Shown: positions 1 through 11,248, counted from the first letter of the stretch. The stretch: DNA of 64,000 nt from Nitrososphaerales archaeon (GCA_965197925.1 CBDAOC010000019.1:320001-384000), one strand, 5' to 3'. Program-made: numbers and translations. The notes: generated by a model not told the origin, from the letters alone.

Positions 1-543
1 ATATTGCTTGCAATGGATTTTAAATTGTATCCAATTAGTATTTATCCTATAACTGCATTGGTAGTATACCTGCTCTTTGGTCCTGCTTTTTACCTATACG
101 TTATAAAACGCCTCTGGAGACAATCTTGGCTGAACAAGGCCAAGGCTTATTTGTATCTAATATTGTTCTCAATAGGAATATCAGTAAACAACACAGTAGC
201 AGTTTTCGATGCAATGAATGGAGGCAGACCAGAATTTCTTAGAACACCGAAGTTTGGGATTACTGATAAAGGTGACAATTGGAGAGATAAGGCCTATACA
301 CTACCATTTACACAAACTACATTGTTAGAGATATTCTTTGGTGCTTATGGCATATTAGGAATATTCATATCAATATTTAGCGGAAATCCTGTTTATGCAC
401 CAATATTAGCCCTGCAGACAATGGGGTTCATTTACATATCATTTCTTAGCATTAAACATTCTATGCTTTCAACATTTAAAAATAAGGAAGGCAATGAATT
501 AAGAGAGATAGTGGGAGAGAAAAGTGGTAGCAAGACGATATAA
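1..543 (+). CDS. GT2 (cellulose synthase-like) glycosyltransferase, C-terminal membrane part, 5' truncated by window
   Basis: TM helices plus the motif NNTVAVFDA...EFLRTPKFG typical of the C-terminus of CSL-type GT2 enzymes. Confidence 0.75.
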   Translation: MLLAMDFKLYPISIYPITALVVYLLFGPAFYLYVIKRLWRQSWLNKAKAYLYLILFSIGISVNNTVAVFDAMNGGRPEFLRTPKFGITDKGDNWRDKAYTLPFTQTTLLEIFFGAYGILGIFISIFSGNPVYAPILALQTMGFIYISFLSIKHSMLSTFKNKEGNELREIVGEKSGSKTI

Positions 544-1051
544 AGCTATAATGATAATGACGCTTGGGCTCTTATTGTTTGGTGTGATTATGGCATATGT
601 TGGTTATAGCCAAACAGTTTATCCTTTGGAAAAAGCCAAAGGATATCTTCAAAGAAGCTTGTCCTCTCCGTCACCAGAAATGATGTTAGATTACCTTGCG
701 AGTGCGAAACCCTTGATTCCAAGGGAAGGAAATCCTGTATGGGCATTTCCTACTGTGACAACTGACTTTGGTTTGATGCAGAGAGATATGGACATGATGA
801 TGGACAGACTGAGAATTCTATCTACATTGCCTAGAGATGGCACGGCTTTTAACACGGGACTTGGCGATGTTCGTGGTGAACTATCCATACTTGAAACACA
901 GATCGACGCAGCGCAACCATATGTTTATGCCAGTTTCCAGAATGTTGTTCTAAGTTCCATATGGATTGCCATAATATTGATGATCTTCACAATATTGAAA
1001 AGAGGAAAGGCGAAGTTAGAGGAATATGAAAAAGTTATTGGCGGAGAATAA
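524..1051 (+). CDS. Membrane protein with N- and C-terminal TM helices, coupled to the GT2 gene
   Basis: 175-aa ORF overlapping the upstream stop; two hydrophobic segments. Confidence 0.7.
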   Translation: MVARRYKAIMIMTLGLLLFGVIMAYVGYSQTVYPLEKAKGYLQRSLSSPSPEMMLDYLASAKPLIPREGNPVWAFPTVTTDFGLMQRDMDMMMDRLRILSTLPRDGTAFNTGLGDVRGELSILETQIDAAQPYVYASFQNVVLSSIWIAIILMIFTILKRGKAKLEEYEKVIGGE

Positions 1052-1620
1052 TTAGCACCTAGCTTCTAAGATCTTAAACCATATTTCTCCAGTTATAATA
1101 ATATTTAATTGCTAATGAATATTAGATAAGGTTTACCTAGTCAAGTCTACTATAGATGTTTCTATGATTGATACTTCTACGCATTAATTTCTGCTTTGGC
1201 TTTGTTTATTCATACTTACCATACGCCCAATAGATGTCTCCCCCATTATCAGTTTAATCTGTACTCATTCTAGAATTGTGTGTCATAAGCAAGATCTACA
1301 AACTTTATTCCAATCAAAATTTACCGCCCCTTACCTAGATTGAAACTCCATTATTAATCAAATTATAATGTAGGATTATTCAAACCCATGCTTTTTCATC
1401 CCATGAGAATGTAATTATGGAATTCTCTAGAACACCTTATTTGTATAGTGTAAAATTAGAGTAAAAGGTTGGGTGATTAACAGTAAAAATTTATCATATA
1501 TCCAAAGATAATTCAGTGGGTACATAGGGAATATTATACTCATAATGAAATAATTATAAGTATTTTGTTCACGTTAAATGACATCTTCACATAAATCATT
1601 TATGAGATAAAATACCTCAA

Positions 1621-2499
1621 ATGTCTATCGATAATCTGTATAGACGAATAGAATCGTCAGGAGTAAATGGCGTACCAAAGGCACAACTTAAGAAAGAGTT
1701 CGATATCACTAGCGATCAACTCTTCGATGGGTTACTCTCTAAAGGTGTTATATTTGAGGAAAAGAAGGAGCGTAAAATAACCTACTGGTCAAAAGATAAC
1801 TACGTGCAATATCTTGTGGGTGACGACCCAAAGTTCAAGTTAATATTCGATTTGAATTCAAAAGCCAATAATACAATTTTAGATACAATTTCAAAGATAA
1901 ACAGTGAGCTAAACAATAAAGTTGCTACTGTAACAGAAGAATTGAACAATAAAGTTGCTACTGTAACAGAAGAATTGAACAATAAAGTTGCTACTGTAAC
2001 AGAAGAATTGAACAATAAAGTTGCTACTGTAACAGAAGAATTGAACAATAAAGTTGCTACTGTAACAGAAGAATTGAACAATAAGGTAAATTCAGATACA
2101 ATTTCAAAGATAAACAGTGAGCTAAACAATAAAGTTGCTACTGTAACAGAAGAATTGAACAATATAGTTAATAGAACCCTTACTGACGTAAGGAAAACAG
2201 TAGAACAAACACCTAAAACAAAGGGAAACTGGGATAATGGTAATACTAATTTAACTCTAGATAAATTCAAGATGGAGTTTGATCGGACTTTAACGGATAT
2301 TCCAACTTCAATAGGTTGGGTCGAGATGGCTATGATAAGAGAGAGGATTTGTGACAAATATACAATATCAACACAGAATTTCTATACGTTAGCTTCACAG
2401 CTTTTTGACCAATTCAACAACGGGTACGAATTATCATCTGGAGGCAACGAAGGGGTAACGGTTAGAGGTTTATTGCATGGTTTCGTGAGGTGTATATAA
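1621..2499 (+). CDS. Protein with predicted N- and C-terminal winged-helix domains and a central 11-aa repeat coiled coil
   Basis: 292-aa ORF; (NNKVATVTEEL)x6; C-terminal GWVEMAMIRERIC...YELSSGG has a wHTH-like pattern. Confidence 0.75.
   Translation: MSIDNLYRRIESSGVNGVPKAQLKKEFDITSDQLFDGLLSKGVIFEEKKERKITYWSKDNYVQYLVGDDPKFKLIFDLNSKANNTILDTISKINSELNNKVATVTEELNNKVATVTEELNNKVATVTEELNNKVATVTEELNNKVATVTEELNNKVNSDTISKINSELNNKVATVTEELNNIVNRTLTDVRKTVEQTPKTKGNWDNGNTNLTLDKFKMEFDRTLTDIPTSIGWVEMAMIRERICDKYTISTQNFYTLASQLFDQFNNGYELSSGGNEGVTVRGLLHGFVRCI
1881..2164 (+). repeat. Intragenic 33-bp tandem repeat (5 perfect copies, 1912-2076) plus a ~70-bp higher-order duplication (1881-1951 / 2094-2164)
   Basis: Unit AACAATAAAGTTGCTACTGTAACAGAAGAATTG read directly. 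Confidence 0.97.
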
Positions 2500-4112
2500 T
2501 GTACCCTTATAATTTGAAGGATAATCCTTTTCCTAGTAGTCCTACGGCTACTCTAATGGATGCAAAAGTTTTAGGAGGCCCAAGACATAAAGCTTCGAAA
2601 GAAGCTGTAGTGAATTGCATAACTGAGCTCTTTGACAAAGTCTCTAACAAAGGAAATGCTAACCAAAAGGATTTTCGCTTAATTACTGTGATACAAGATG
2701 TAGGAGCGGGCAAGACGCACCTTGCTCTACATATAAAGACAACTCAAACTAATTCCGTTTGTTCTTATGTTGACCTGAGTACAATCTCACCAAAAAATTT
2801 ATCAAGTCTTTATAGTGCGCTGATAGATGGTTTTAGTAACGAAGATATTAATCAATTAAAGGCTACTGTTGTTGATTATATTAAAAACGAGGCACTTGAT
2901 GGTGATAAAGTGGCAAAGAAGGTATTCAGACCACCTTTCTTTGGAGGGAAGAAAGTGGGGGTGTTAGCCAACGAAGTTCTGGAGGGAAAGAGGATTCCTG
3001 ATATTCGTGCGCTAAACGAATTCCTAATTGATGATTTTAGTGTTATTGAGCGTATTGTGTTGAAGCAGATAATGTTTGATGATTTCAAAAATACTTCGAA
3101 TGTAAAGAATTTGGAGGAAATGTTACTTCAATTATCAGCAATAGCGAAATTGAACTTGAAATTTCTGAATAAAGTAACTGTGTTGGAGATAGATGAATTT
3201 GATTCAAACGTAGATGCTACTGATTTTATAAAGGCCGTTATAAATGCACATCTACCTTCAACAGTATTGTTGCTTATAACTACACCATCTCTTTACGCAG
3301 ACGTGCAGAAGGTTGCACCATCGGTTTTTGACAGACTGGAGAAGGCTAACTACAAGATAGATCTTGCAGGCTCAAGTACTTTTGAAGAAGTTTCTGATAT
3401 AGTACTAGAATACATAAGGGTGAATTTGAAGGATTTGACATTTGGAATGTATGAAAATGATATAATGAACAAAACAAGGGTAATCTATGATGAATTCCAA
3501 GAATTCAGAAGTATACGCTCAATGCTTAACATATTGTATCATGCAATGGAAATTTCAGGTAGAATGAATGGAGATACGATAACGGAGGAGGCATTGGATG
3601 AAACCATAAGACAAGCCTATCCTGGTCTAAGGGTTAGAGGAAGCATAATGAACGTCCCCATATCAGAATTTATCAGGATTAGAAGAGACTGTGCTGAATC
3701 TACAATCTTGGAGACTAATGTAAAGGATGCAATAAAGAGCTTAGTTACGTTTGCACACGAACAAGGAAGAGTATCAAAACCCGAGTATCCCAATGGTAAA
3801 GGCGCAGTTCAAAATGTAGATGCTTTATACAATGTTTCTGATGGGAGCAAGGTCGCAGTAGCAGTAGTGATTGACAAGGATCACGTAAAGGGCATAGAGA
3901 GGATATCAAACACAAATAATTTAGGTGCTGATAAATTGGTGGTACTTACGAATGCTCATACCGTTAGTGCAGATGATACTACTGTAGTAAATATGGATAA
4001 ATGTAAAATGATAGACCTCATCTACTTCAACAGGAAGTACAAGGACGAAAATATAATAGAGACAGATTCAGATAGGGCATTGATGCTAGCAAAATCAATG
4101 TCACTATGTTGA
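2499..4112 (+). CDS. P-loop AAA+ type ATPase with C-terminal extension
   Basis: Walker A variant IQDVGAGKTH, Walker B VLEIDEFD, N-terminal YNLKDNPF; ATG overlaps the upstream TAA (TAATG) with GAGGTG RBS at 2487. Confidence 0.85.
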   Translation: MYPYNLKDNPFPSSPTATLMDAKVLGGPRHKASKEAVVNCITELFDKVSNKGNANQKDFRLITVIQDVGAGKTHLALHIKTTQTNSVCSYVDLSTISPKNLSSLYSALIDGFSNEDINQLKATVVDYIKNEALDGDKVAKKVFRPPFFGGKKVGVLANEVLEGKRIPDIRALNEFLIDDFSVIERIVLKQIMFDDFKNTSNVKNLEEMLLQLSAIAKLNLKFLNKVTVLEIDEFDSNVDATDFIKAVINAHLPSTVLLLITTPSLYADVQKVAPSVFDRLEKANYKIDLAGSSTFEEVSDIVLEYIRVNLKDLTFGMYENDIMNKTRVIYDEFQEFRSIRSMLNILYHAMEISGRMNGDTITEEALDETIRQAYPGLRVRGSIMNVPISEFIRIRRDCAESTILETNVKDAIKSLVTFAHEQGRVSKPEYPNGKGAVQNVDALYNVSDGSKVAVAVVIDKDHVKGIERISNTNNLGADKLVVLTNAHTVSADDTTVVNMDKCKMIDLIYFNRKYKDENIIETDSDRALMLAKSMSLC

Positions 4113-4902
4113 GATACTTTCTTTCGATCTGGATGACATCATATTCAGAAAAGATCCAGAGGATGTCTTTTGGAAAAAAATAATGGAATTGTTTACGGAG
4201 AGGTAAAAAATATCATTCAGGAGTGCTAAACTAAATGTAATGAAATAATATGAAGAATTAGGGTAGAACGATGTAAGATTGTACATTCTTGAATAACGAT
4301 TTCAATTGTTTAAGCTAGATATACCCTTGGATACCATTTTGAGTACTATAAATTATGTTAATGGTTTATCTGAAGATGTTAGTGTAGTCCATGCCCTGCC
4401 AACAAAGTTCATATCCATCATATTTACAAACAATCCTAGAAGTTCATGAGCACAAGCTGAGTATTTAATGAACCAGAGTTTATTTCACACATATTATCTT
4501 CGGTATAAAATTATGAAATGGTGAATAATAGATAATTTTTCAAAGGGATGAATTGTAAGCTGGGGAAAAAACCTGATGAAATGTTACACTCGACGATGAT
4601 CATTTTTTAGATGTATTAGAACCATGTACTGCTGGCATCTATGCGATTCTGCTTAATCATTATGATAACCTATGTTCTCTTCGCACTCTTAGATTTGAAT
4701 GAGTTAATATTGAATCACTAGTGTAATTACTGGGGTTGTATCATGATTATTACACAAAATAGAATACATTCTTACTAAATCTACTTTCGAAAATCAAGAT
4801 TTCGCGGGTTGGAACACTTGTTCCGTGTTACTTGTGATATATGGAACACTTACTTCGGGAAAGCTCTTTTGTTCTAAGACTCGTAATATCAATGAGAGCA
4901 AA

Positions 4903-5421
4903 ATGAGAGTACGGATTTCTACAATTGTCGGGGTTGCCATAGTTATATATGTAGCAGCCTTCCTGTTGAACGGAAACCTTAGCAGTAGTGATATAGCGGA
5001 GGCACAGCATGTAAAACGGTATCAGTTCGATAGTACTGGTGTTGCAGCGATTCCGTTTGGAAAGCTCGAGGGGTCGCAGGCAAGTTTTGTCTTAAGTACC
5101 AATGAGCTTAGCAGAGATGAAAACAGTACATTGATGATGGCTGTTAAAAATGGCTGGGTTTCTATCGATCATGGTGAAACAGTTACAATACATAGATTCG
5201 TTTCTGAAACTTGGCAAGGTAAATTCAATAATGATGGTAGTACATGGTCAGTCTCTGGTGTAATCAAAGATCCCTTTGGTAATTTGAATGCATTGGAATT
5301 CAATGGTAATAAGGTTCAGACCACAAACAAAGGTGATCTTTATGTAGTTACTGGAATGATGAAGAATGGCGAAAGCGAGTATAGCCTACACCATTTAGGA
5401 ACTATTGATGTCAAAGGCTGA
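4903..5421 (+). CDS. Secreted beta-rich hypothetical protein
   Basis: Signal/TM segment MRVRISTIVGVAIVIYVAAFLL; start chosen at ATG 4903. Confidence 0.7.
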   Translation: MRVRISTIVGVAIVIYVAAFLLNGNLSSSDIAEAQHVKRYQFDSTGVAAIPFGKLEGSQASFVLSTNELSRDENSTLMMAVKNGWVSIDHGETVTIHRFVSETWQGKFNNDGSTWSVSGVIKDPFGNLNALEFNGNKVQTTNKGDLYVVTGMMKNGESEYSLHHLGTIDVKG

Positions 5422-5961
5422 TGAGCCTACCTTTCTTATTTTTTAGAATTGTATAATGATTAAATTGGTAATAAAAAATATCTATATTGGAATCTGTCAT
5501 CATCACTCTATAATAAGAACCGATAAACCTTATCATTCTAAGATTTTTGATTGGGTATAGAAAAAGAGTAGATACAGATGGTTGTAGATATATGTTTTGA
5601 CAAGAATATAATATATCTAGGACCGTCAATTGTGCTCGAGTAACTTGGATTCGTTGTAGCCTCGGCATAGACCAAATACAAGGAATCATCTGAACATAAT
5701 GAGATAAATAATGGAGAAAAGTGTTCTTTAGGTTCTTATTTATAATTAGGGCCGAAGACTACATGAATTATGAAGTGATTAAATACCAAACGAGTTCACA
5801 AGTTTGATAGGTGTTATAATCAAACGGTCCTATAAAATGAGACGAAATATCCCAGTTTAACGCCTCATACAGAACGTTCTAAAGTTAGATTCAATTTAAG
5901 ATATTCGGTGGGGATCAACTCTCACAGTTTATATCGGAATAAAGAAGTAATGAAAGTGTAA

Positions 5962-6123
5962 ATGCACCCAATATCCAGGATTCCAGGTTTTGTAATTATT
6001 ATGATTATAGGTCTTGCAATTATAGGTTATGGCTTAACTCTGGACATAAATCCAAACTGGATTGTACCTATCGGTGTAATTTTTATCATTATTTCAATAT
6101 TGTCAGTTACGGTAGTGCGGTGA
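5962..6123 (+). CDS. 53-aa two-TM membrane microprotein (not in ORF track)
   Basis: MHPISRIPGFVIIMIIGLAIIGYGLTLDINPNWIVPIGVIFIIISILSVTVVR; TTTATA box about 30 bp upstream. Confidence 0.7.
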   Translation: MHPISRIPGFVIIMIIGLAIIGYGLTLDINPNWIVPIGVIFIIISILSVTVVR

Positions 6124-6554
6124 CCTACCACCTAATTGGGGTCCTTATCCATATTTTCAGTATATTCATCATCAAAAGTATAGCTTGAAGTATCGTCCAT
6201 AATATTGTCACAGGATTTATAGTATTGAAAATTGAAATATTGGATCCATCGGGTATAGATTTCTCGAAAAATAATTCTGAGCAATATTATTTTGACAGAT
6301 GCAGCAACTTTGGTGTTAATATTCACTGAATAGAATATATTCCTACCACGTATTCTTCTCCATAATAACAATTTTCTATGCAATGTGGCAAAGCATTGTA
6401 CTTTTATTCATTACCATTATTACATTGAGTTAAGTTATATGCGTTAAAAACCACAATACACAAGTAGAAATAATATGATTATTGTGAAGGGACATATTTT
6501 AGGAGGTAAGATTTTTATTGTAGTTTCTATTCTTAGCTTTTAAAGGTGATTTAT

Positions 6555-6797
6555 TTGTCACAACAACAGCCAAAAAGACCATTAACGCTACTTCAGCGAG
6601 CCATTAACAGAAAGGTATCAGTTAGGCTTAAGAGCGAATATGAATACAGAGGAAAAATGAATAATGTAGATTCATACATGAATCTAATATTGGTCGATGC
6701 AGAAGAATTTAATGGTACTAATCATCTTGCAAATTATGGAAAGGTGGTAATCAGGGGTAACAATGTTTTGTTCATAAAGCTGGAAAATGAGTTATGA
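6555..6797 (+). CDS. Sm-like (LSm/SmAP) RNA-binding protein
   Basis: Sm1 (YRGKMNNVDSYMNLIL) and Sm2 (VVIRGNNV) motifs. Confidence 0.95.
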   Translation: MSQQQPKRPLTLLQRAINRKVSVRLKSEYEYRGKMNNVDSYMNLILVDAEEFNGTNHLANYGKVVIRGNNVLFIKLENEL

Positions 6798-6842
6798 GGC
6801 GCGATAGTTATAATTTCATGTTTTTAAAAGTTGTATGTGTCT

Positions 6843-7991
6843 ATGGCTAAAAAATTATTTACATCAGAATCTGTGACTGAAGGTCATCCGGATAAGGTTT
6901 GTGATCAAATTGTAGATACCTTGTTGGATGAATATATAAAGCAAGATGTAGAATCTAGAGTAGCTGCTGAAGCTCTTGCTGCACCAGGGCTGGTGGTTGT
7001 CGTGGGTGAAGTAACATGTAGAGGAAACGTGAATGTTGAAGATGTTGTTCGTCGAACAATAAAGGAAGCTGGTTATGATAATTCTGCTTTGGGTTTTGAT
7101 TACAAGACCTGTAAGGTACTTGTTTCATTACATGAACAGAGTCCTGACATCTCAATGGGTGTGACAGCCTCAGAGAATAAGGAACAAGGTGCGGGTGACC
7201 AGGGTATTATGTTCGGATATGCGACAAATGAAACTGCTGAATTAATGCCTATGCCAATAAACTTGGCGCACAAACTTACCATGAGACTTACCGAAGTGAG
7301 GAAGAAGAAGGATCTGAGCTGGTTAAGATCTGACGGGAAATCTCAAGTTACAATTGAATATGAGGGGAGCAAACCTAAAAGGATTCATACCGTAATTGTA
7401 TCTTCACAACATGCACCAGACGTTGATAATGAAACTATTAGAAATGATCTGATAGCTAAAGTGATTGAACCGATTTGTGATGGAATGCTTGACAAAGATA
7501 CTGTATGCTACATAAATCCCACGGGCCGATTTGTCATAGGTGGCCCCGCAGGTGATTGTGGAGTAACAGGGAGAAAGTTAGTTGCAGATACCTATGGCGG
7601 GGTTGGAAGTAATGGGGGGGGAGCGTTGTCTGGTAAAGATCCAAGCAAGGTTGATAGATCAGCATCATATATGTTAAGATATATTGCAAAAAATATTGTA
7701 AATTCAGGCCTCGCAGAAAGATGCGAATTACAAGTTGCTTATGCAATAGGTGTAGCTCAACCCGTATCTTTGATGGTTGATACGTTCGGTACGAGTAATA
7801 TATCGGAAGACGAAATTGAAAATATTATTAGAAAGAATTTTGATCTTAGACCCGCATCTATAATAAAAAATCTTGATCTAAAGCGACCCATATATAGAAA
7901 GACATCAGTTTATGGTCATTTCGGTAGGAACGATCCTGATTTTACTTGGGAGAGAACTGATAAGGCTGATGTGCTGAAGCAATATAGTTAA
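6843..7991 (+). CDS. metK: S-adenosylmethionine synthetase, bacterial/eukaryotic type
   Basis: [35 protein letters not shown] motifs. Confidence 0.97.
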   Translation: MAKKLFTSESVTEGHPDKVCDQIVDTLLDEYIKQDVESRVAAEALAAPGLVVVVGEVTCRGNVNVEDVVRRTIKEAGYDNSALGFDYKTCKVLVSLHEQSPDISMGVTASENKEQGAGDQGIMFGYATNETAELMPMPINLAHKLTMRLTEVRKKKDLSWLRSDGKSQVTIEYEGSKPKRIHTVIVSSQHAPDVDNETIRNDLIAKVIEPICDGMLDKDTVCYINPTGRFVIGGPAGDCGVTGRKLVADTYGGVGSNGGGALSGKDPSKVDRSASYMLRYIAKNIVNSGLAERCELQVAYAIGVAQPVSLMVDTFGTSNISEDEIENIIRKNFDLRPASIIKNLDLKRPIYRKTSVYGHFGRNDPDFTWERTDKADVLKQYS

Positions 7992-8022
7992 TAGAATATA
8001 AAAATAGAATATAAAAATCAAC

Positions 8023-8902
8023 CAACTCATCTCAAAACCCTACAATACATCAAAAATGATGCAAGATTAACAAATGCCAGATAGTTTTCTGCCGTTCTTT
8101 CATACCTGGTTCTTGTTCTGTGAAATCCATTCTTGAGCCATGCAAAGAATCTCTCAACTACAAATCTTGTCTTGTTGTAATGTTTGCAATCATTATTTTG
8201 CAAGATGAACTTGGAATTTATTTTGTATGGGATGCAACATGCAATATTTCTATTCCACAACCACAAATACATTCTGATGTATTTTGCATCATTTTGTCTG
8301 CATAAACTGGTTCTATCTGTTGTATTGAATCATCATCAAGATAGTCTGAAATTGATCCTGTAACATCCATGCATTTTGTACTGTCATGTTCATTTGCTGG
8401 ACTCAACAGTATGGATATTGGAAATCCGTTACCCTCTACTGCGGCATGTATTTTTGTACCTGTTATTCTCTTGAATCCATTATATCCAGTTACATTGCCC
8501 CTTTTTTATCAGGAATGGATGAAGAGTCAACTGATATTTTTTGTAGATTAATTTTGCCAGATTTATGTGCTGAGTGAATAGTACGTGATAGAATCTTTTT
8601 CCAGATTCCTTTTTGTTGCCATTTGTTTAACCTTCTGTTTGCAGTAGAATCATCACCATATCTTTTTGGCATATCGTCCCATCGGCATCCAGTAGTTAGA
8701 ACATGGATTATTCCGTTAATGATTTTTCTATCATCATCCCTAGGCCTGCCAGTTTTTGCATGTGGTGGTATGTGTGATTCCATCATACTCCACTGTTTGT
8801 CTGATAATTCTTGGAATTTCATAAAATAATTTTAGATGTCGCTATTCATGGATCTAAATGGTCGCTAAAAATTGTCTAAATGGTTAGTTTTGAGATGAGT
8901 TG
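8023..8902 (-). mobile_element. IS5-family element, family A copy 1 (two-ORF frameshift type, defective)
   Basis: TIRs CAACTCATCTCAAAAC / GTTTTGAGATGAGTTG; orfA 8490-8822 (DUF4096-like LTTGCRW); fragmented orfB (RFVVERFFAWL). Confidence 0.93.
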
Positions 8903-8943
8903 AAAGAAGTGAATTTGTAGGTAGTGTGACAAATAAAAAGGAG

Positions 8944-9471
8944 CTACCTAACTTGAAAATTCGTGACAATTGTTCTGAATGCAAGAGGTAAGGGATCTGT
9001 TATACTCTTCCAGACAAATGCCTCGAGCATATACCCTCCTGGTTCTTGGGGTACCCATGCTATCGTGGTAATATCAGATTGCTTCGGAACCAAAGTACCC
9101 ATTGACCAAGACAGTGACGATATGAAACCATTTTGATCTGTAACCTGAAGGATATACGTATACTGTTTCCTTTCGTTTAACATGTTGGTAATGTTCAGTT
9201 GCGCAAGCACTGGATCTTCAACATCAATTATAGCTGTCACCTTATTGTTCTTGTCCAAGGTTATTAAGTCAGTGATTTTCGCTACTTCTGGTATGCGTTG
9301 CATTGCGGTTTCCTCTACTTGTAATAATCTCTCTGTTTCTCTATAATTGCTAGACTCAGATGAGATGGCATATCCACTTATGTCAATTCCATTATCTATT
9401 TTAACCCTAGCAGAGAATGTCGCACTACCAAATGGCAAAATATCCCCAGGCTCAGTTATCATTTTGGTCAT
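8944..9471 (-). CDS. Hypothetical protein with thaumarchaeal Ig-like C-terminal domain, possibly 5' truncated
   Basis: YILQVTDQNG..SLSW...W.PQEPG.Y.LEAFVW..I..P.PL pattern; no signal peptide. Confidence 0.65.
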   Translation of the reverse strand: MTKMITEPGDILPFGSATFSARVKIDNGIDISGYAISSESSNYRETERLLQVEETAMQRIPEVAKITDLITLDKNNKVTAIIDVEDPVLAQLNITNMLNERKQYTYILQVTDQNGFISSLSWSMGTLVPKQSDITTIAWVPQEPGGYMLEAFVWKSITDPLPLAFRTIVTNFQVR

Positions 9472-9975
9472 TCTTTACACCTATACACAACGTTGCAAAC
9501 GTCATTAATAAACATTTTATCCTTCCTCACAAGCCAGAAAATACATAATTTTGCCCTGCAGGAATCAAGTATAATGACGAAGTCATCCCAATACTCTCCA
9601 ATACATCATAATCGACGAAATGATAACAACGGACCCGATAGTTTTGTGCATTCTTCTCATATCTGATCCTGGTTCTGTGGAACCCATTCTTCAACCAGGC
9701 AAAGAATCTCTCCACAACATAGCGCGTCTTGCCGTATAGGTATTGTTCTGTATTATACAACACACTATTTTTGTTGTTGTGTCTTACTGTTTTTTCTGTA
9801 AGGAAATAAAAATGCAGTCCAGAGATTTTTCTTTTGGTGAGGTATTTCCTGATGAATTCTGCATCATAGCGTCATTCTTTACACCTATACACAAGCAAAC
9901 TTGAAGGCTCTGCTATGGCACCGCGCAATTATTTCTGATAGATCTCTCCATCCATTTTGGTCATACATTGTGAGT
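9463..9975 (-). repeat. Scrambled partial tandem duplication of the 3' end and flank of the adjacent IS5
   Basis: 9501-9848 matches 9974-10303 with indels; 9871-9894 repeats 9467-9490. Confidence 0.85.
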
Positions 9976-10051
9976 CATTAATAAACATTTTATCCTTCCT
10001 CACAAGCCAGAAAATACATAATTTTGCCCTGCAGGAATCAAGTATAATGAC

Positions 10052-10911
10052 GAAGTCATCCCAATACTCTCCAATACATCATAATCGACGAAATGATAAC
10101 AAATACCAAATAGTTTTGTGCATTCTTCTCATATCTGATCCTGGTTCTGTGGAACCCATTCTTCAACCAGGCAAAGAATCTCTCCACAACATAGCGCGTC
10201 TTGCCGTATAGGTATTGTTCTGTATTATCATTTTGTTGTTGTGTCTTACTGTTTTTTCTGTAAGGTATGCAGTCAGAGATTTTTCTTTTGGTGAGGTATT
10301 TCCAGCCCTTGTCTGCTTGGCACCGCGCAATTTTTCTGATAGATCTCTCATCCAGATATTGTGAGATGCCATCCATCACGTCTACAAATCTTGCAGAGTC
10401 ATGCTGATTTGCAGGACATTACTACTGAGACTGGCAGTCCGTTTTGTTCCACCGCAACGTGTATTTTTGTGCCTGAAATCCTGTTGAATCCGTTGTATCC
10501 TATGACGCTTCCCCTTTTTTGGCCGGAACTGATGACGAATCGACCGTTTTTTGCAGCTGCATCTTGCCTGATCTGTGGGCTGATTTGACTGCAGCGGAGA
10601 GGATATTCTTCCATATTCCACGTCGCTGCCAGTTCTGCAGTCTGCGGTGCGCAGTTGATTTGGAGCCGTACCTTTGTGACATCCCAGTCCACCTGCATCC
10701 TGTTATCCCGACAAACAGGATTCCGTTGACTGTCTTTCTGTCGTCTGCCCTTGGCCTTCCGGTTCTGGCTGGCTTGGGGAGATGCGGTGATATCATCTTC
10801 CATTGTTCACCTGTTATCTCCTGAAATTTCATGATCTGCTACGGGCAGCATTGCAAATAGATCCAAATGATCGTCAATTATTCACTAAATGATCAGTTTT
10901 GGGATCAGTTG
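10052..10911 (-). mobile_element. IS5-family element, family B (related to A, more GC-rich)
   Basis: Imperfect TIRs GAAGTCATCCCAATAC / GTTTTGGGATCAGTTG; orfA 10500-10832, orfB parts to 10056; AAAAAAGGGG slippery site. Confidence 0.9.
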
Positions 10912-10993
10912 GAATCCAATATAGTTATTCCCTTTTGGACATCAACTGATAATATGTACAAATCATCCCTATTTAATTTTTAATAAAACTATT

Positions 10994-11161
10994 CTATCTG
11001 TTACGTAGCCCCCAGTGTTGCAAAATCTGCCTTTCGAATTCTGCAAATTGGGGTTCCGACAAAACATCTCCACAGTTTTTATGCTTTGGGACAGTCCTCA
11101 TGCCTTCCAACTTGAATTGAACCTCGTAGAAATGCACTTTAAGGCAATTACACATCGTCAT
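10994..11161 (-). CDS. 55-aa small Cys/His protein (not in ORF track)
   Basis: MTMCNCLKVHFYEVQFKLEGMRTVPKHKNCGDVLSEPQFAEFERQILQHWGLRNR; TATA box upstream. Confidence 0.7.
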   Translation of the reverse strand: MTMCNCLKVHFYEVQFKLEGMRTVPKHKNCGDVLSEPQFAEFERQILQHWGLRNR

Positions 11162-11248
11162 TTATTTAGTAATATTATATATTTACTTTAAGTCATAACA
11201 CTTATCTGCTTGTTTAGATATGAAAATTTATTGAATACATGCCTACAC

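Noticed and set aside
1912..2076. CRISPR-like repeat
   Set aside because: It is an in-frame coding tandem repeat without spacers.
4572..4620. C/D-box sRNA or hammerhead (CTGATGA)
   Set aside because: No properly placed D box (CTGA) and no supporting stems.
6843..7991. Bacterial-type MetK in an archaeon as a recent HGT
   Set aside because: Known feature of Thaumarchaeota.
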